A stretch of DNA of 61,470 bases, the filler included. It is 3 parts of 3 records of this genome, joined end to end, with 100 filler letters (N's around TTAATTAATTAA, not from the genome) between each part and the next. Parts side by side here need not be neighbours in the genome. Positions count along the whole stretch, not along the records: positions 29,268 to 54,288 come from SRR20825019_1273; 2 more parts are not named here. One strand, given 5' to 3'. Shown here piece after piece: positions 40,761-50,452 of the stretch. Within the stretch, counting starts at the first letter, position 1. Each line of letters begins with the position of its first letter. The notes below the pieces were generated by a model. It was not told where the DNA came from. It was given only the letters and a program-made list of their open reading frames with translations, and did no database searches. Made by a program: the position numbers and the translations under genes.

Positions 40761-43716
40761 TGATGCGGTTTCCTTCCTTGTCGTAGAAAAAGGTGTCAGC
40801 CACTTCTACAGCGATATTTCGATCCGGCATCGGCACGTAAAGTGTTTCACCTTTTCGGCTGTGGCCGTTTTCGATCAACGCAAAAGCAATACCCTGACCA
40901 AGGTTTTCAGACCAGTAGGCCGAGGTGACATGGCCAAGAGCCGGTACAGGTTTGGTTGCGGCAGGATCGACAACAACATGTGCCCCTTCCTCCAGCACCT
41001 GCCGTGGATTATTCTTGACGACCAATCCGACAAGCTGCTTGCGGTTTTCCGCGACCAGATCCGGTCGCTTCAACCCGCGTATACCGACGAAATCAGTTTT
41101 CTTCTTCGAGACGGCCCATCCCATGCCAAGATCAAACGGCGTCACCGTTCCGTCAGTATCCTGACCGACAACGATAAAGCCTTTTTCGGCGCGCAACACA
41201 TGCATGGTTTCCGTGCCATAGGCGCAGGCACCGAAGCTTTCCGCACGCTCATAAACCTGCTTCCAGACCGAAAGCCCGAAATCCGCCGGAACGTTGATCT
41301 CAAAACCGAGTTCACCCGTAAAGGAGACCCGAAACAGGCGGGCGGGCACGCCGCAAACCCGGCACTCCACAACACTCATATGGGAGAAGGCATCGGCAGA
41401 GATATCGCCCCCCTCAACAAAAGGCGCGATGATTTCCCGAGCTTTTGGCCCCTGAACGGCAATCACGGCCCATTGTTCGGTTGTCGACGTCAGCCAGACA
41501 TTCAGGTGCGGAAACTCTGTCTGCAGGTAATCTTCCATCTGATTGAGAACACGCGGCGCACCGCCGGTGGTCGTCGTAATATGGAAACGATCCGGTGCGA
41601 GCCTGCCCACGACACCATCATCATAGACGTAGCCATCTTCGCGCAACATCAGGCCATAACGGCACTTTCCGGGCTTCAGCGTTGACCAGGCATTGGAATA
41701 CATCAGGTTCATGAACGCTTCGGCATCCGGGCCGACAACCTCGATCTTGCCAAGCGTCGAAGCATCGAAAAGACCGGCAACCTGTCGGGTGGTTGTACAC
41801 TCGCGGGAAACGGCATCTTCCTTGGTTTCGCCGGTTTTCGGGAAATACCAGGCGCGTTTCCAATTGCCGACATCCTCGAAGATCGCACCGTGCTTTTCTG
41901 CCCAGCCATGAATGGACGTCTTGCGGGCCGGATCAAACAGATGACCGCGCGAATGGCTGATCAGCGTGCCAAAAGTGACCGGCGTGTAGGGCTGCCGAAA
42001 GGTTGTCAGGCCAACCTGCGGAATCGGCCGGTCCAGCATTTCGGCGGCAATGGCAAGGCCGTGCATGTTGGAGAGCTTGCCCTGATCAGACGCCATACCA
42101 TTGGTCGTGAACCGCTTGATATGCTCGATGGATGCCATGCCTTCGTGAACGGCCTGCCGGATATCTTTCGCACACACATCGTGCTGATAATCGATGAATG
42201 CCTTGACATGATCGTCTGCTCCGGCGCCTTCGGCAGCGCCCAACATGCCGCCGGTCCAGTGCCAGGCGTTTTCGCCGGAATACCCAGCCTCACCGCCCCC
42301 CGCCGAAGCGGCTTCACCGATAATGGCGTGAATTGCATCTGTGCCGCTGCAAGCGCCAACGCAGACTGCATTCTGCGCATAGCTCCCTGGAACAAAACGT
42401 TCGTTTTCAGCATCAAAAATCAACTTCCCGCGCGACTGCGAAAACAGATGCACTGATGGCGTCCAGCCGGCACAGGTAAGCAGTGCATCAATCGGAAAGT
42501 CCCGCTTCTTGCCACTTGATAGCCCACGAACTTCCATCGATTTCACTCTCAGACGCCCCCTGGTATTGACGACTGCGTGATTGGTCAGCACCTTGATATC
42601 CAGCGAACGCGCCTCATCGACAAGGCCAGCACCGGGTTCTTCACGGCTGTCGATGATCGCCGCGATCTTCACACCGGCACGTTTCAGGTCAAACGCAGCT
42701 TCATATGCGCTGTCATGGGCACAATAGACGCCGACATTCTCGCCCACAGCCACGCCATACTGGTTCAGATAGCGGCGGGCAGCCGAAGCCAGCATGATGC
42801 CGGGCCGGTCATTATTGGCAAAGACCATCGGACGCTCTATCGACCCGGTGGCCAGAATGACCTGATCGGCGCGCACCTGCCAGAGACGCTCACGCGGGCC
42901 TTCTGCTTCCGCGTTGGGAAGATGATCGGTCAGCCGCTCGACCAGGCTGATGAAATTGTGATTGTAATAGCCAAACGCCGTCGTCCGCGTCATCAGGCGA
43001 ACATTTCCCATGGCTGAAAGTTCAGTCGCAACGTCGTGCACCCAGTCATAACCGGAGCGGCCATCCACCTTCGTGCCAGTTTCATAGGAAAGCGCACCGC
43101 CGGCCTCGGGCTGCTCGTCACAGATGATCACATCCTTGCCTGCACGCGCGGCTGTCAATGCTGCCGTCAACCCGGCAAGACCTGCACCAACCACGAGCAC
43201 ATCACAATGCGCATAGCGGCTGGAATAGGTATCAGGGTCCGCTTCCGTCGGCGCTACACCAAGACCTGCGGCCTTGCGGATCAGCGGTTCATAGAGCCTG
43301 TGCCAGGCAGCACGCGGCCACATGAAAGTCTTGTAGTAAAACCCGGCAATGAAGAAAGGGGACAGCAGGTCGTTTATCGCACCTGTGTCGAAAGTGAGCG
43401 AAGGCCACCGGTTTTGCGAAGTTGCCTTCATCCCGTCAAATACTTCCTGAACAGTGCCGCGCACATTCGGCTGACGTCGCGCACTGTCGCGTGCAATATC
43501 GAAAAGCGCATTCGGCTCTTCAGAGCCGGCTGTCAGGAAACCGCGCGGCCGATGATATTTGTATGAACGTCCAACAAGATGAACACCATTGGCCAGAAGC
43601 GCAGAGGCCAGCGTATCGCCTTCGAGGGCCGTATAGGTTTTACCATCAAACGAGAAACGTACGGTTTTCGCAGGCGTCAGGCGCCCCTGACCTGCAATTC
43701 GCTGTGCTCCGCTCAT
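40753..43716 (-). CDS. soxA: Sarcosine oxidase subunit alpha
   Basis: GDTLASALLANG, KYHRPRG, GFYYKTF, GAGLAG, NNDRPG, DASTLGKIE, GcvT-like C terminus. Confidence 0.96.
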   Translation of the reverse strand: MSGAQRIAGQGRLTPAKTVRFSFDGKTYTALEGDTLASALLANGVHLVGRSYKYHRPRGFLTAGSEEPNALFDIARDSARRQPNVRGTVQEVFDGMKATSQNRWPSLTFDTGAINDLLSPFFIAGFYYKTFMWPRAAWHRLYEPLIRKAAGLGVAPTEADPDTYSSRYAHCDVLVVGAGLAGLTAALTAARAGKDVIICDEQPEAGGALSYETGTKVDGRSGYDWVHDVATELSAMGNVRLMTRTTAFGYYNHNFISLVERLTDHLPNAEAEGPRERLWQVRADQVILATGSIERPMVFANNDRPGIMLASAARRYLNQYGVAVGENVGVYCAHDSAYEAAFDLKRAGVKIAAIIDSREEPGAGLVDEARSLDIKVLTNHAVVNTRGRLRVKSMEVRGLSSGKKRDFPIDALLTCAGWTPSVHLFSQSRGKLIFDAENERFVPGSYAQNAVCVGACSGTDAIHAIIGEAASAGGGEAGYSGENAWHWTGGMLGAAEGAGADDHVKAFIDYQHDVCAKDIRQAVHEGMASIEHIKRFTTNGMASDQGKLSNMHGLAIAAEMLDRPIPQVGLTTFRQPYTPVTFGTLISHSRGHLFDPARKTSIHGWAEKHGAIFEDVGNWKRAWYFPKTGETKEDAVSRECTTTRQVAGLFDASTLGKIEVVGPDAEAFMNLMYSNAWSTLKPGKCRYGLMLREDGYVYDDGVVGRLAPDRFHITTTTGGAPRVLNQMEDYLQTEFPHLNVWLTSTTEQWAVIAVQGPKAREIIAPFVEGGDISADAFSHMSVVECRVCGVPARLFRVSFTGELGFEINVPADFGLSVWKQVYERAESFGACAYGTETMHVLRAEKGFIVVGQDTDGTVTPFDLGMGWAVSKKKTDFVGIRGLKRPDLVAENRKQLVGLVVKNNPRQVLEEGAHVVVDPAATKPVPALGHVTSAYWSENLGQGIAFALIENGHSRKGETLYVPMPDRNIAVEVADTFFYDKEGNRING

Positions 43717-44021
43717 CCGCCCATCTCCTCTACTGTCAGTTCAGCAGGATCAGGCCTGGGTTCACCCGTTTTGTAGGTTTTGATGAAACGGTCTGAAACC
43801 GTATCACGAACAGCATTGAAAAAACGCCCGCAACCATGAATATGGCGCCAGCGCTCGAAGTGCAGCCCCTTTGGATTGGTCCGCAGAAAGAAATAGGCCG
43901 CAAAATCCTCGTCTGAAATTTCCATAATATTCGATGGTCGGGCGATATGCGCCTCACCGGCGGCGGCAAACTCGAGTTCGCTGCGCGCTTCCTGGCAGTA
44001 CGGACAATGGATCAGCAGCAT
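43713..44021 (-). CDS. soxD: Sarcosine oxidase subunit delta
   Basis: MLLIHCPYC, GEAHIARP, NPKG..ERW.H.HGC. Confidence 0.95.
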   Translation of the reverse strand: MLLIHCPYCQEARSELEFAAAGEAHIARPSNIMEISDEDFAAYFFLRTNPKGLHFERWRHIHGCGRFFNAVRDTVSDRFIKTYKTGEPRPDPAELTVEEMGG

Positions 44022-44024
44022 GAT

Positions 44025-44861
44025 TCAGACTTTCTCCAGTTCGGGAAGCGCTCCCGGCAGCGAAACAATCATTTGAAGCAGATCACGCGGCGCCTCCAGC
44101 TGTGGCAGATGTCCCGCCCCTTTCAGCGGGTGCAACGGCGTGCCGATCCTGTCGGCCAAGGTCCGTCCCCGCTCCAGCGGTATCCAGGGATCCTTCTCGC
44201 CCCAAAGCAATGTCACCGGGCAATCGAGCTTGTCGAATTTATCGGTAATCTCGTCTGTAAAACGATCATCGGCCTGCGCAAATTGGCGGTAGAAACTCAC
44301 TTGTCCCTCTGGCGTCAGCCACGGCGAAACCAGATCATGCAGATCCTGCTGGTCAATGTCATCGGCCAGCGCGCCGCGGATGTATGCCTCGACGATGGCC
44401 GCATGAATGTTCAATGGCAGCGGTGTGAAGGCGTCGATGTGGCGGCCAACGTGATCGAAGAAATCCGATCCCCACGGACTGAGCGCCACAACATTCATCA
44501 GCACCAGTTCTTCATAGGCAACGCCATGCAGAAGATGCGCCCTAAGCGTCACCGCGCCACCGAAATCATGCGCGAATACAGCCGGAGATCTGAGCTGCCA
44601 GAACTCCAGCATCTCCTTGAAAACCAGCCCCTGCACATCAAGGCCGGTCGGCTGATCCGGATTTTTGGCTGAACGACCGAAGCCTGGCATATCGTACCAA
44701 TAAACAGTGTAGACATGCGAAAGTGGCAGGAGGATGCGATGCCAGGCAAACGATGACCACGGCCAGCCATGCGCCAAGACCAGAGGCGGCCCCTCGCCCG
44801 CTTTGCCCCAGGCCACTGTTCCTGCACTCGTTTCTGCTTTTGAATTCACGTTCCAGAGCAT
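44025..44861 (-). CDS. Alpha/beta fold hydrolase, epoxide hydrolase/dehalogenase type
   Basis: HGWP oxyanion motif, DMPGFG.S, nucleophile Asp in AHDFGG, WGEKD, GHLPQLEAP; ATG 44861 follows GAGG. Confidence 0.88.
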   Translation of the reverse strand: MLWNVNSKAETSAGTVAWGKAGEGPPLVLAHGWPWSSFAWHRILLPLSHVYTVYWYDMPGFGRSAKNPDQPTGLDVQGLVFKEMLEFWQLRSPAVFAHDFGGAVTLRAHLLHGVAYEELVLMNVVALSPWGSDFFDHVGRHIDAFTPLPLNIHAAIVEAYIRGALADDIDQQDLHDLVSPWLTPEGQVSFYRQFAQADDRFTDEITDKFDKLDCPVTLLWGEKDPWIPLERGRTLADRIGTPLHPLKGAGHLPQLEAPRDLLQMIVSLPGALPELEKV

Positions 44862-44869
44862 GATAAACC

Positions 44870-46123
44870 TCAATGAGCTACGGCGGCAGCAGCGGCCTCA
44901 TCGATGAGACGGCCAGTGCGATATCGATCCAGAGTCAGGCCGGATGCCAGTCTGTGTGGTTCACCTTTGGCAATCAGGTGGGCGAAAAGATGCGCAGAAC
45001 CAGGCGTCGCCTTGAAGCCACCAGTGCCCCAGCCACAATTCACAAACAGGTTGGGCACCGGCGTGACGCTCTGAATCGGGGAACGATCCGGTGTGTTGTC
45101 GGTGATGCCCCCCCACTGGCGCATCATTTTCACGCGCCGGAACATCGGAAACAACTCACAGATCGCATCCAGTGTATGTGTGATGATCTGCAATCCACCG
45201 GTCTGTGAGTATGAGTTGTACTGGTCTGTACCGGCTCCGATCACCAGTTCACCCTTGTCCGACTGAGAGATATAGGCATGAACTGTATTGGACATGACGA
45301 CACAGGGGAAAACCGGCTTCAGCGGTTCTGAGACAAGTGCCTGCAAAGGCTGGCTTTCCAGCGGCAGACGGACATCTGCCATAGACATGACAACCGAGTT
45401 GTGACCAGAAGCCGAAACACCGATCTTCCCTGCTCCGATGAAACCTCGCGATGTCTCGACACCGCTGACCGCCCCATCCGGCCCGCGCCTGATCGCTTTA
45501 ACTTCGCAATTCTGGATGATATGAACGCCGTAATCCGATGCTGCCCGGCCATAGCCCCAGACAACAGCATCATGCCTGGCTGTTCCGGCGCGCCGCTGCA
45601 AGGCTGCACCGTTGACTGGATAACGCGCAGTTTTGGCAATATCGAGCGGTGGACAGTAGTCCTTCGCCTGTTCAGGCGTCAGCCATTCATTATCGATGCC
45701 GTAAAGCCGATTGGCATGAACATGCCGCTTGAAGGACTGGCGATCATGATCGTTATGCGACAGCATCAGGACACCGCGCGGCGAGTACATGACATTATAG
45801 TTCAGATCGATGGAAAGATTTTCCCAAAGCTTAAGCGAATGCTCATAGATATCCATGCTTTCGCCGTAGAGATAGTTGGAACGCACAATCGTCGTGTTGC
45901 GCCCTGTATTTCCGCCGCCGATCCAGCCTTTTTCCAATACGGCGATATTGGTAATTCCATGCTCTTTAGCCAGATAATAGGCCGCACCAATGCCATGACC
46001 ACCGCCACCGATGATGATGACATCATACTCCGGCTTCGGTTCCGGTGACGTCCAGTGCTTTTCCCAGCCCTTGTGATGTCTGAGCGCTTCGCGTGCCAGA
46101 GCAAAAACGGAATATCTGCGCAT
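44870..46123 (-). CDS. soxB: Sarcosine oxidase subunit beta
   Basis: GGGGHG, GGNTGRNTTIVRSNY, ARHDAV, NCGWGTGGFKATPGS, DEAAAAAVAH. Confidence 0.97.
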   Translation of the reverse strand: MRRYSVFALAREALRHHKGWEKHWTSPEPKPEYDVIIIGGGGHGIGAAYYLAKEHGITNIAVLEKGWIGGGNTGRNTTIVRSNYLYGESMDIYEHSLKLWENLSIDLNYNVMYSPRGVLMLSHNDHDRQSFKRHVHANRLYGIDNEWLTPEQAKDYCPPLDIAKTARYPVNGAALQRRAGTARHDAVVWGYGRAASDYGVHIIQNCEVKAIRRGPDGAVSGVETSRGFIGAGKIGVSASGHNSVVMSMADVRLPLESQPLQALVSEPLKPVFPCVVMSNTVHAYISQSDKGELVIGAGTDQYNSYSQTGGLQIITHTLDAICELFPMFRRVKMMRQWGGITDNTPDRSPIQSVTPVPNLFVNCGWGTGGFKATPGSAHLFAHLIAKGEPHRLASGLTLDRYRTGRLIDEAAAAAVAH

Positions 46124-46489
46124 CGTTCAACTTCCTTGGTCGCGTTTCTTTCCAGCGGCGCTGGACAACCATGAAATCGCAAATCGTCAAATGGTACAAT
46201 GACCTTTTTCGCGACGGCTTTGCGATCTGCTTCCAACCCGGCGTTTCGAAGCCGGAATGCCGTATTTTTTCCCGACCTTTGCAATTGAATATCCGGTGTT
46301 ATTCCTCTATTTTACCGGAAGTCTTCGATATATGGTCATGCAGCGAAAACCGGCACTGGACTCGCGCGGCACGATCTGTTATTGGCGGCGCAAGTTGCAA
46401 AGCGAGCGCTTTGCGAAGCTTATGTTTGATGCCTGACGCGCGAGACTTGCTCAGGCCGCCAACAACAACGTTAAAGGAACGGGATTCAC

Positions 46490-46702
46490 GTGCAAGTACT
46501 TGTCCGCGACAATAATGTCGACCAGGCTCTCCGCGCTCTGAAGAAAAAGATGCAGCGCGAGGGTATCTTCCGCGAAATGAAAATGCGCGATCATTACGAA
46601 AAGCCCTCGCAGAAGCGTGCGCGTGAAAAGGCTGAAGCCATCCGCCGCGTCCGCAAACTGGCTCGTAAGCGCGCGATCCGCGAAGGTCTGGTTTCGCGCT
46701 GA
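46490..46702 (+). CDS. rpsU: 30S ribosomal protein S21
   Basis: [25 protein letters not shown]...YEKPS; GTG start. Confidence 0.98.
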   Translation: MQVLVRDNNVDQALRALKKKMQREGIFREMKMRDHYEKPSQKRAREKAEAIRRVRKLARKRAIREGLVSR

Positions 46703-46734
46703 TTGTCGCCATCAAGGCACATGCAGGATATTAT

Positions 46735-46769
46735 AATGGCGGGGGCTCATGCGTCCGCCATTTTTATTT
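46735..46769 (+). terminator. Probable terminator after rpsU
   Basis: AATGGCGGG...TCCGCCATT stem followed by a T-rich tract. Confidence 0.6.
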
Positions 46770-46874
46770 GCTATTTATTTACACTGAGTTCTTAGCACTC
46801 GATAAATTCCGGCATTTGATCCTTAATGGATCCAGAGCGGACTCCGACGACAACCCGGTCACGAAGGAAACGCA

Positions 46875-47738
46875 ATGACGACCATCAGCAATGATTTCCA
46901 TATCAGAAACCATGGCCGTATTTTCCGTTCGGTGCTTTTCGCCGGAACGTTAAGCCTGCTGGCAGCATGCCAGACATCTCAAATGATGAATCCCGATGTT
47001 GTATCTATCGACGCAACGCAGGGGTCACAAGAGAATATCGCGTCGCTGACCAGCGTCATCGCCGCTAATCCGAATGATCCGGGAGGCTACAATGTGCGCG
47101 GTGCAGCCTATGGCCGCGCTGGAGACACCCGCAAGGCAATGGCAGACTTCAATCAGGCCCTTCAGCTGAACCCGAATTATTATCAGGCCTATGCCAACCG
47201 CGCGCTGATCGAGCGCAGCCTTGGCCAGCAGATGGATGCGCTCAACGATTATAATCGCGCGCTTCAGATCAATCCCGATTACGATGTGGCATATATCGGG
47301 CGTGGTAACCTCTACCGCGAAGCGGGGCAGACCAACGATGCCTTTAACGACTACACCAGAGCCATCGAGCTGAATACGACTGACCCGCGAGCATATCATA
47401 ACCGTGGCCTGATCTACCAGCGCCGCGGCCAGCAGGAACAGGCCATAGCTGATTTCACCAAGGCGATATCTCTGGCGCCGAAATCCGCACAGCCCTACAA
47501 CGGACGTGGTGTTTCCTATCTGGCTCTCAACGACGACAAGAACGCGCGCTCCGATTTTGACAAGGCACTGGCTCTTGACCAGTCGAACGCAGAAAGCTGG
47601 GCGAATCTCGGCCTGATATTCGAGCGTGAAGGCGATTTCCAGAAGGCGGCGTCTTATTATCAAAGGTCCAAGGCACTCAATCCGAACTACCAGCCTGCCG
47701 TTCAGGGTGTCCAACGCGTCCTTGGCAGCGGTGTATAA
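46875..47738 (+). CDS. Tetratricopeptide repeat lipoprotein
   Basis: Lipobox LAAC; six or more 34-aa TPR units (AY.NRG...A..D...A..LNP). Confidence 0.92.
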   Translation: MTTISNDFHIRNHGRIFRSVLFAGTLSLLAACQTSQMMNPDVVSIDATQGSQENIASLTSVIAANPNDPGGYNVRGAAYGRAGDTRKAMADFNQALQLNPNYYQAYANRALIERSLGQQMDALNDYNRALQINPDYDVAYIGRGNLYREAGQTNDAFNDYTRAIELNTTDPRAYHNRGLIYQRRGQQEQAIADFTKAISLAPKSAQPYNGRGVSYLALNDDKNARSDFDKALALDQSNAESWANLGLIFEREGDFQKAASYYQRSKALNPNYQPAVQGVQRVLGSGV

Positions 47739-47761
47739 AACACAGTGGGAAACACATCGCA

Positions 47762-47806
47762 GCCGGATTAGATGGAAAGCCTGTTATCGGCTTTTCATTT
47801 CCCGGC
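47762..47806 (+). terminator. Long hairpin downstream of the TPR gene (terminator or stabiliser)
   Basis: AGATGGAAAGCC-TGTTATC-GGCTTTTCATTT, enclosed by GCCGG/CCGGC. Confidence 0.5.
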
Positions 47807-48034
47807 ACATGCGTTCATGACGATGGTGACGGGAAAGTCAAACTCAGGTCAGTCCTGCCATAGAGCAATTTTGCCCGCGCACTTTTCGCTCTCATCGAAA
47901 TGCCATCCATCAAACGTGATATATTTGAACGCACAGACAGTTCCGCGCCAACCGGATATGCCCGCCAGTTTGTGCAAGTCTGAAGCGATTATCAGCCCAC
48001 GGTCCCGGCCACAGTGCCGTGGTTTCTTCTTTTA

Positions 48035-49522
48035 TTACCTGAGATTAAGCCGGATCGGCAGGCTGAATGAATGCCGCGATCCCCGATAAGAGGACGGGAA
48101 AGCACCAAACGGCCCTGCCGCACGGGCGCGCTGAACCACGATTGAATCCACCTCACCATTGCCGGACGACCGGGCCAGAGAAACCCCTGCAATCTGCCCG
48201 GAACGGCTGACGGTCACATTTACTGTCACGGTAGTGCTCAACCGGCCAACGCCTCGGTAATACCGGGAATTACCGACCGAGCGACGGATACGGCTCCCCA
48301 CTTTGCCGGCGTAGTTGGCCATTGCAGCCGCACCATTATCCGATGCTCTTGCAGTAGCCTCTGCGCCTTGTGAACTCCCGGACTGGCTGCTGCCGGTCGC
48401 AGCCCCGCGCGCCGCATTGGCATTCGAATTGCCACCGGATCCGGCTGCAACTTTCTGTCTTTGCTGGCGCACCTGCCGTTCACGCTGCTGCTGCCGTTCT
48501 GCGGCCTGGCGCGCGGCCACCTGATCCTGTGGCACCGGTTCACTGCGCCACGGGGAAGGTTGGGGAACCGGCGCAGCAATATCCAGCGCGACCTCGGGAT
48601 TATCCTCCTGCGCCTTGATGGCTTCTGCCTCAAACGTACCGGCTTCAATCGGCTCAGCTACGGAGACCGCCGCCTGAGCCTCGGGTTCAGGTCGTGGAAG
48701 GCTTTCATCAAACGGTTGGGCGGCAGCTATGGCAGGGTTCTCCACAGGTTCGGCAGTTTCCGGTACGACGGCTGCAAGCGACGGAGCAACCGACTGCGGA
48801 ATCTCCGCTGCACTCGGCGTAACAGAAAGAATGTCCGGTTCGGGCGAAGCAATGGCCTGAACCGGCTGCGCTTCCGTTATGTTCGGTGTTTCGGCCTGCT
48901 CGACCGGCGGCAGTGCTTCCATCTCCGGAACCTTGGCCGCCTCAACAGGCTGGGCGGCTGTTGCCGTCTCCACCTCCACAGGCTGCGCTTCAACCTCAAC
49001 CGGATTGGCCATCATGTCCTCACTGCCAGCAGCCAGCGCGTCAACATCACCATTGCCGATTGAAACGACGCTCACTGTGACACTTCCGGCCTCTTGCGGC
49101 GGCTCGGGAATGGCTCGGGCAATATTGATTGCGGCGGCGAAAACAGCGGAGTGGACCAGAACAGAAATCAGTGCGGCAGACGAAAGGCGTTTTTTGCCAG
49201 CCTTGGCAGGATGCGCACTGATGCGTGAGAGCGCCGGAGCCAAAAGGTCGTCGGGCACCAGCTCCGTATGCAAAGAGCCTTCGGTATCGCCATTTTGACC
49301 CTTCAGCTGATCTTCTTCAGTCGTTCTTCCTTTCGCTTCCGCAAGAACACGAAAAACAGCAGCATCGAAGGCTTTATCAGGATCAGAACCGATCTCGATT
49401 TGCGGGACTGGTTTGCCATGCCCGCCGTCATCCGCACTCCAGTCAATGGGCATATCGACAGGCTCAGCGTCACGCAGGCCGCCAGGCAGGTCAAACGCGA
49501 ATGTCGCCCGGTCATCTTCCAT
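48035..49522 (-). CDS. tonB: TonB family energy transducer
   Basis: TM helix with S.L.HS motif; long Pro/Glu/Ala linker; TonB_C-like end (SG.I.GV.LARSSGN..VD...A.PF..FP); divergent from hmu. Confidence 0.8.
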   Translation of the reverse strand: MEDDRATFAFDLPGGLRDAEPVDMPIDWSADDGGHGKPVPQIEIGSDPDKAFDAAVFRVLAEAKGRTTEEDQLKGQNGDTEGSLHTELVPDDLLAPALSRISAHPAKAGKKRLSSAALISVLVHSAVFAAAINIARAIPEPPQEAGSVTVSVVSIGNGDVDALAAGSEDMMANPVEVEAQPVEVETATAAQPVEAAKVPEMEALPPVEQAETPNITEAQPVQAIASPEPDILSVTPSAAEIPQSVAPSLAAVVPETAEPVENPAIAAAQPFDESLPRPEPEAQAAVSVAEPIEAGTFEAEAIKAQEDNPEVALDIAAPVPQPSPWRSEPVPQDQVAARQAAERQQQRERQVRQQRQKVAAGSGGNSNANAARGAATGSSQSGSSQGAEATARASDNGAAAMANYAGKVGSRIRRSVGNSRYYRGVGRLSTTVTVNVTVSRSGQIAGVSLARSSGNGEVDSIVVQRARAAGPFGAFPSSYRGSRHSFSLPIRLNLR

Positions 49523-49620
49523 GAATGCTCTACCCACGTTCTTCTATCTGAAGCTCTTCTGAAACGAACACGCAAGGCGGCAGGGTTGCCGCGTCCGCGC
49601 CGCCACTCTCAGGCAACATC

Positions 49621-50064
49621 TCAACCGTTGAACTCAACACCCGCCTTGGAACCGGTTTCAAGATGAGCCATGCAATCGGCTCCCTCGGCCTCGCAAACCT
49701 TGATATCATTCAAAAGCAAGCCGCCGATCTGATCGCAGCCAGCGCCCGGAAGCTCAAACTGGCGAACGCGCATCTTACCCTGCGGCAGCTCCAGGAAATC
49801 AAGCATCGTCAGGCGGTCAATCACACCTTCGGCGTCGAACAGCGCAACCTCGGCCTTCAGACTTTCAATTGTCTGCGGCATTTCATTTTCCACAACAAAG
49901 GTCAGCTTGCAGCCGTTTTCAGTCGTATCGAGCGCATTCAATGAAATGGAAAGTGCAGTGCTTTCGCTGGCGGCGTCGGCCTTAGCTCCGGTCATTGCTT
50001 CCTGCGCAAGGGCAGGCTGCGTAAGGGCAAGCATGACGGCGGTGGCGCTTACGATGATCTTCAT
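49621..50064 (-). CDS. Exported hypothetical protein associated with tonB/hmu loci
   Basis: Signal peptide (PALA); LN.L....GC.LTF, LFD..G, LP.GK.RVRQF, four Cys. Confidence 0.75.
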   Translation of the reverse strand: MKIIVSATAVMLALTQPALAQEAMTGAKADAASESTALSISLNALDTTENGCKLTFVVENEMPQTIESLKAEVALFDAEGVIDRLTMLDFLELPQGKMRVRQFELPGAGCDQIGGLLLNDIKVCEAEGADCMAHLETGSKAGVEFNG

Positions 50065-50179
50065 CTTTCTAAATCCCGGTCGGTTTGAAAACTTTTTCTG
50101 ATGAAAGCGGAAGACAATGTCCACTTCGGCGATCCTAACGCCTGACCTTAAAAACGTCTATTGCGTGGATAGACAAAGA

Positions 50180-50222
50180 TGATTTATTGAGTCAAGTTAT
50201 TAAAACATGAATCATTAGATCA
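50180..50222. promoter_or_regulatory. Two tandem RirA-type iron-responsive operators (IRO, TGA-N9-TCA)
   Basis: TGA-TTTATTGAG-TCA (50180-94) and TGA-ATCATTAGA-TCA (50208-22) in the divergent tonB/hmuP region. Confidence 0.7.
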
Positions 50223-50240
50223 ACTTTAGGCAGCGGCAGC

Positions 50241-50435
50241 ATGACGCCCAGCACGACCAGCGATGACAGACCGGCCCGTACGCGGCAAAGCGAAGGGCAG
50301 GAACAGAGCACAAAGGCACCGGTCGTTGAAAGCGAATCACTGTTTCGCGGCGGCAGCGAGATCATCATCCGTCATCACGGAGCGGATTACCGCATGAAGA
50401 TCACGCGCCAAGGCAAACTTATCTTGAACAAGTAA
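50241..50435 (+). CDS. hmuP: Hemin uptake protein HemP/HmuP
   Basis: SESLF.G..EI.I.H.G..YR.KITRQGKLILNK. Confidence 0.95.
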   Translation: MTPSTTSDDRPARTRQSEGQEQSTKAPVVESESLFRGGSEIIIRHHGADYRMKITRQGKLILNK

Positions 50436-50452
50436 AGCAGGCTAAAAAATCC

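Noticed and set aside
46875..47738. Periodic sequence in the TPR gene as a repeat array or CRISPR
   Set aside because: The 34-codon periodicity is degenerate protein repeat; there are no identical DNA repeats with spacers.
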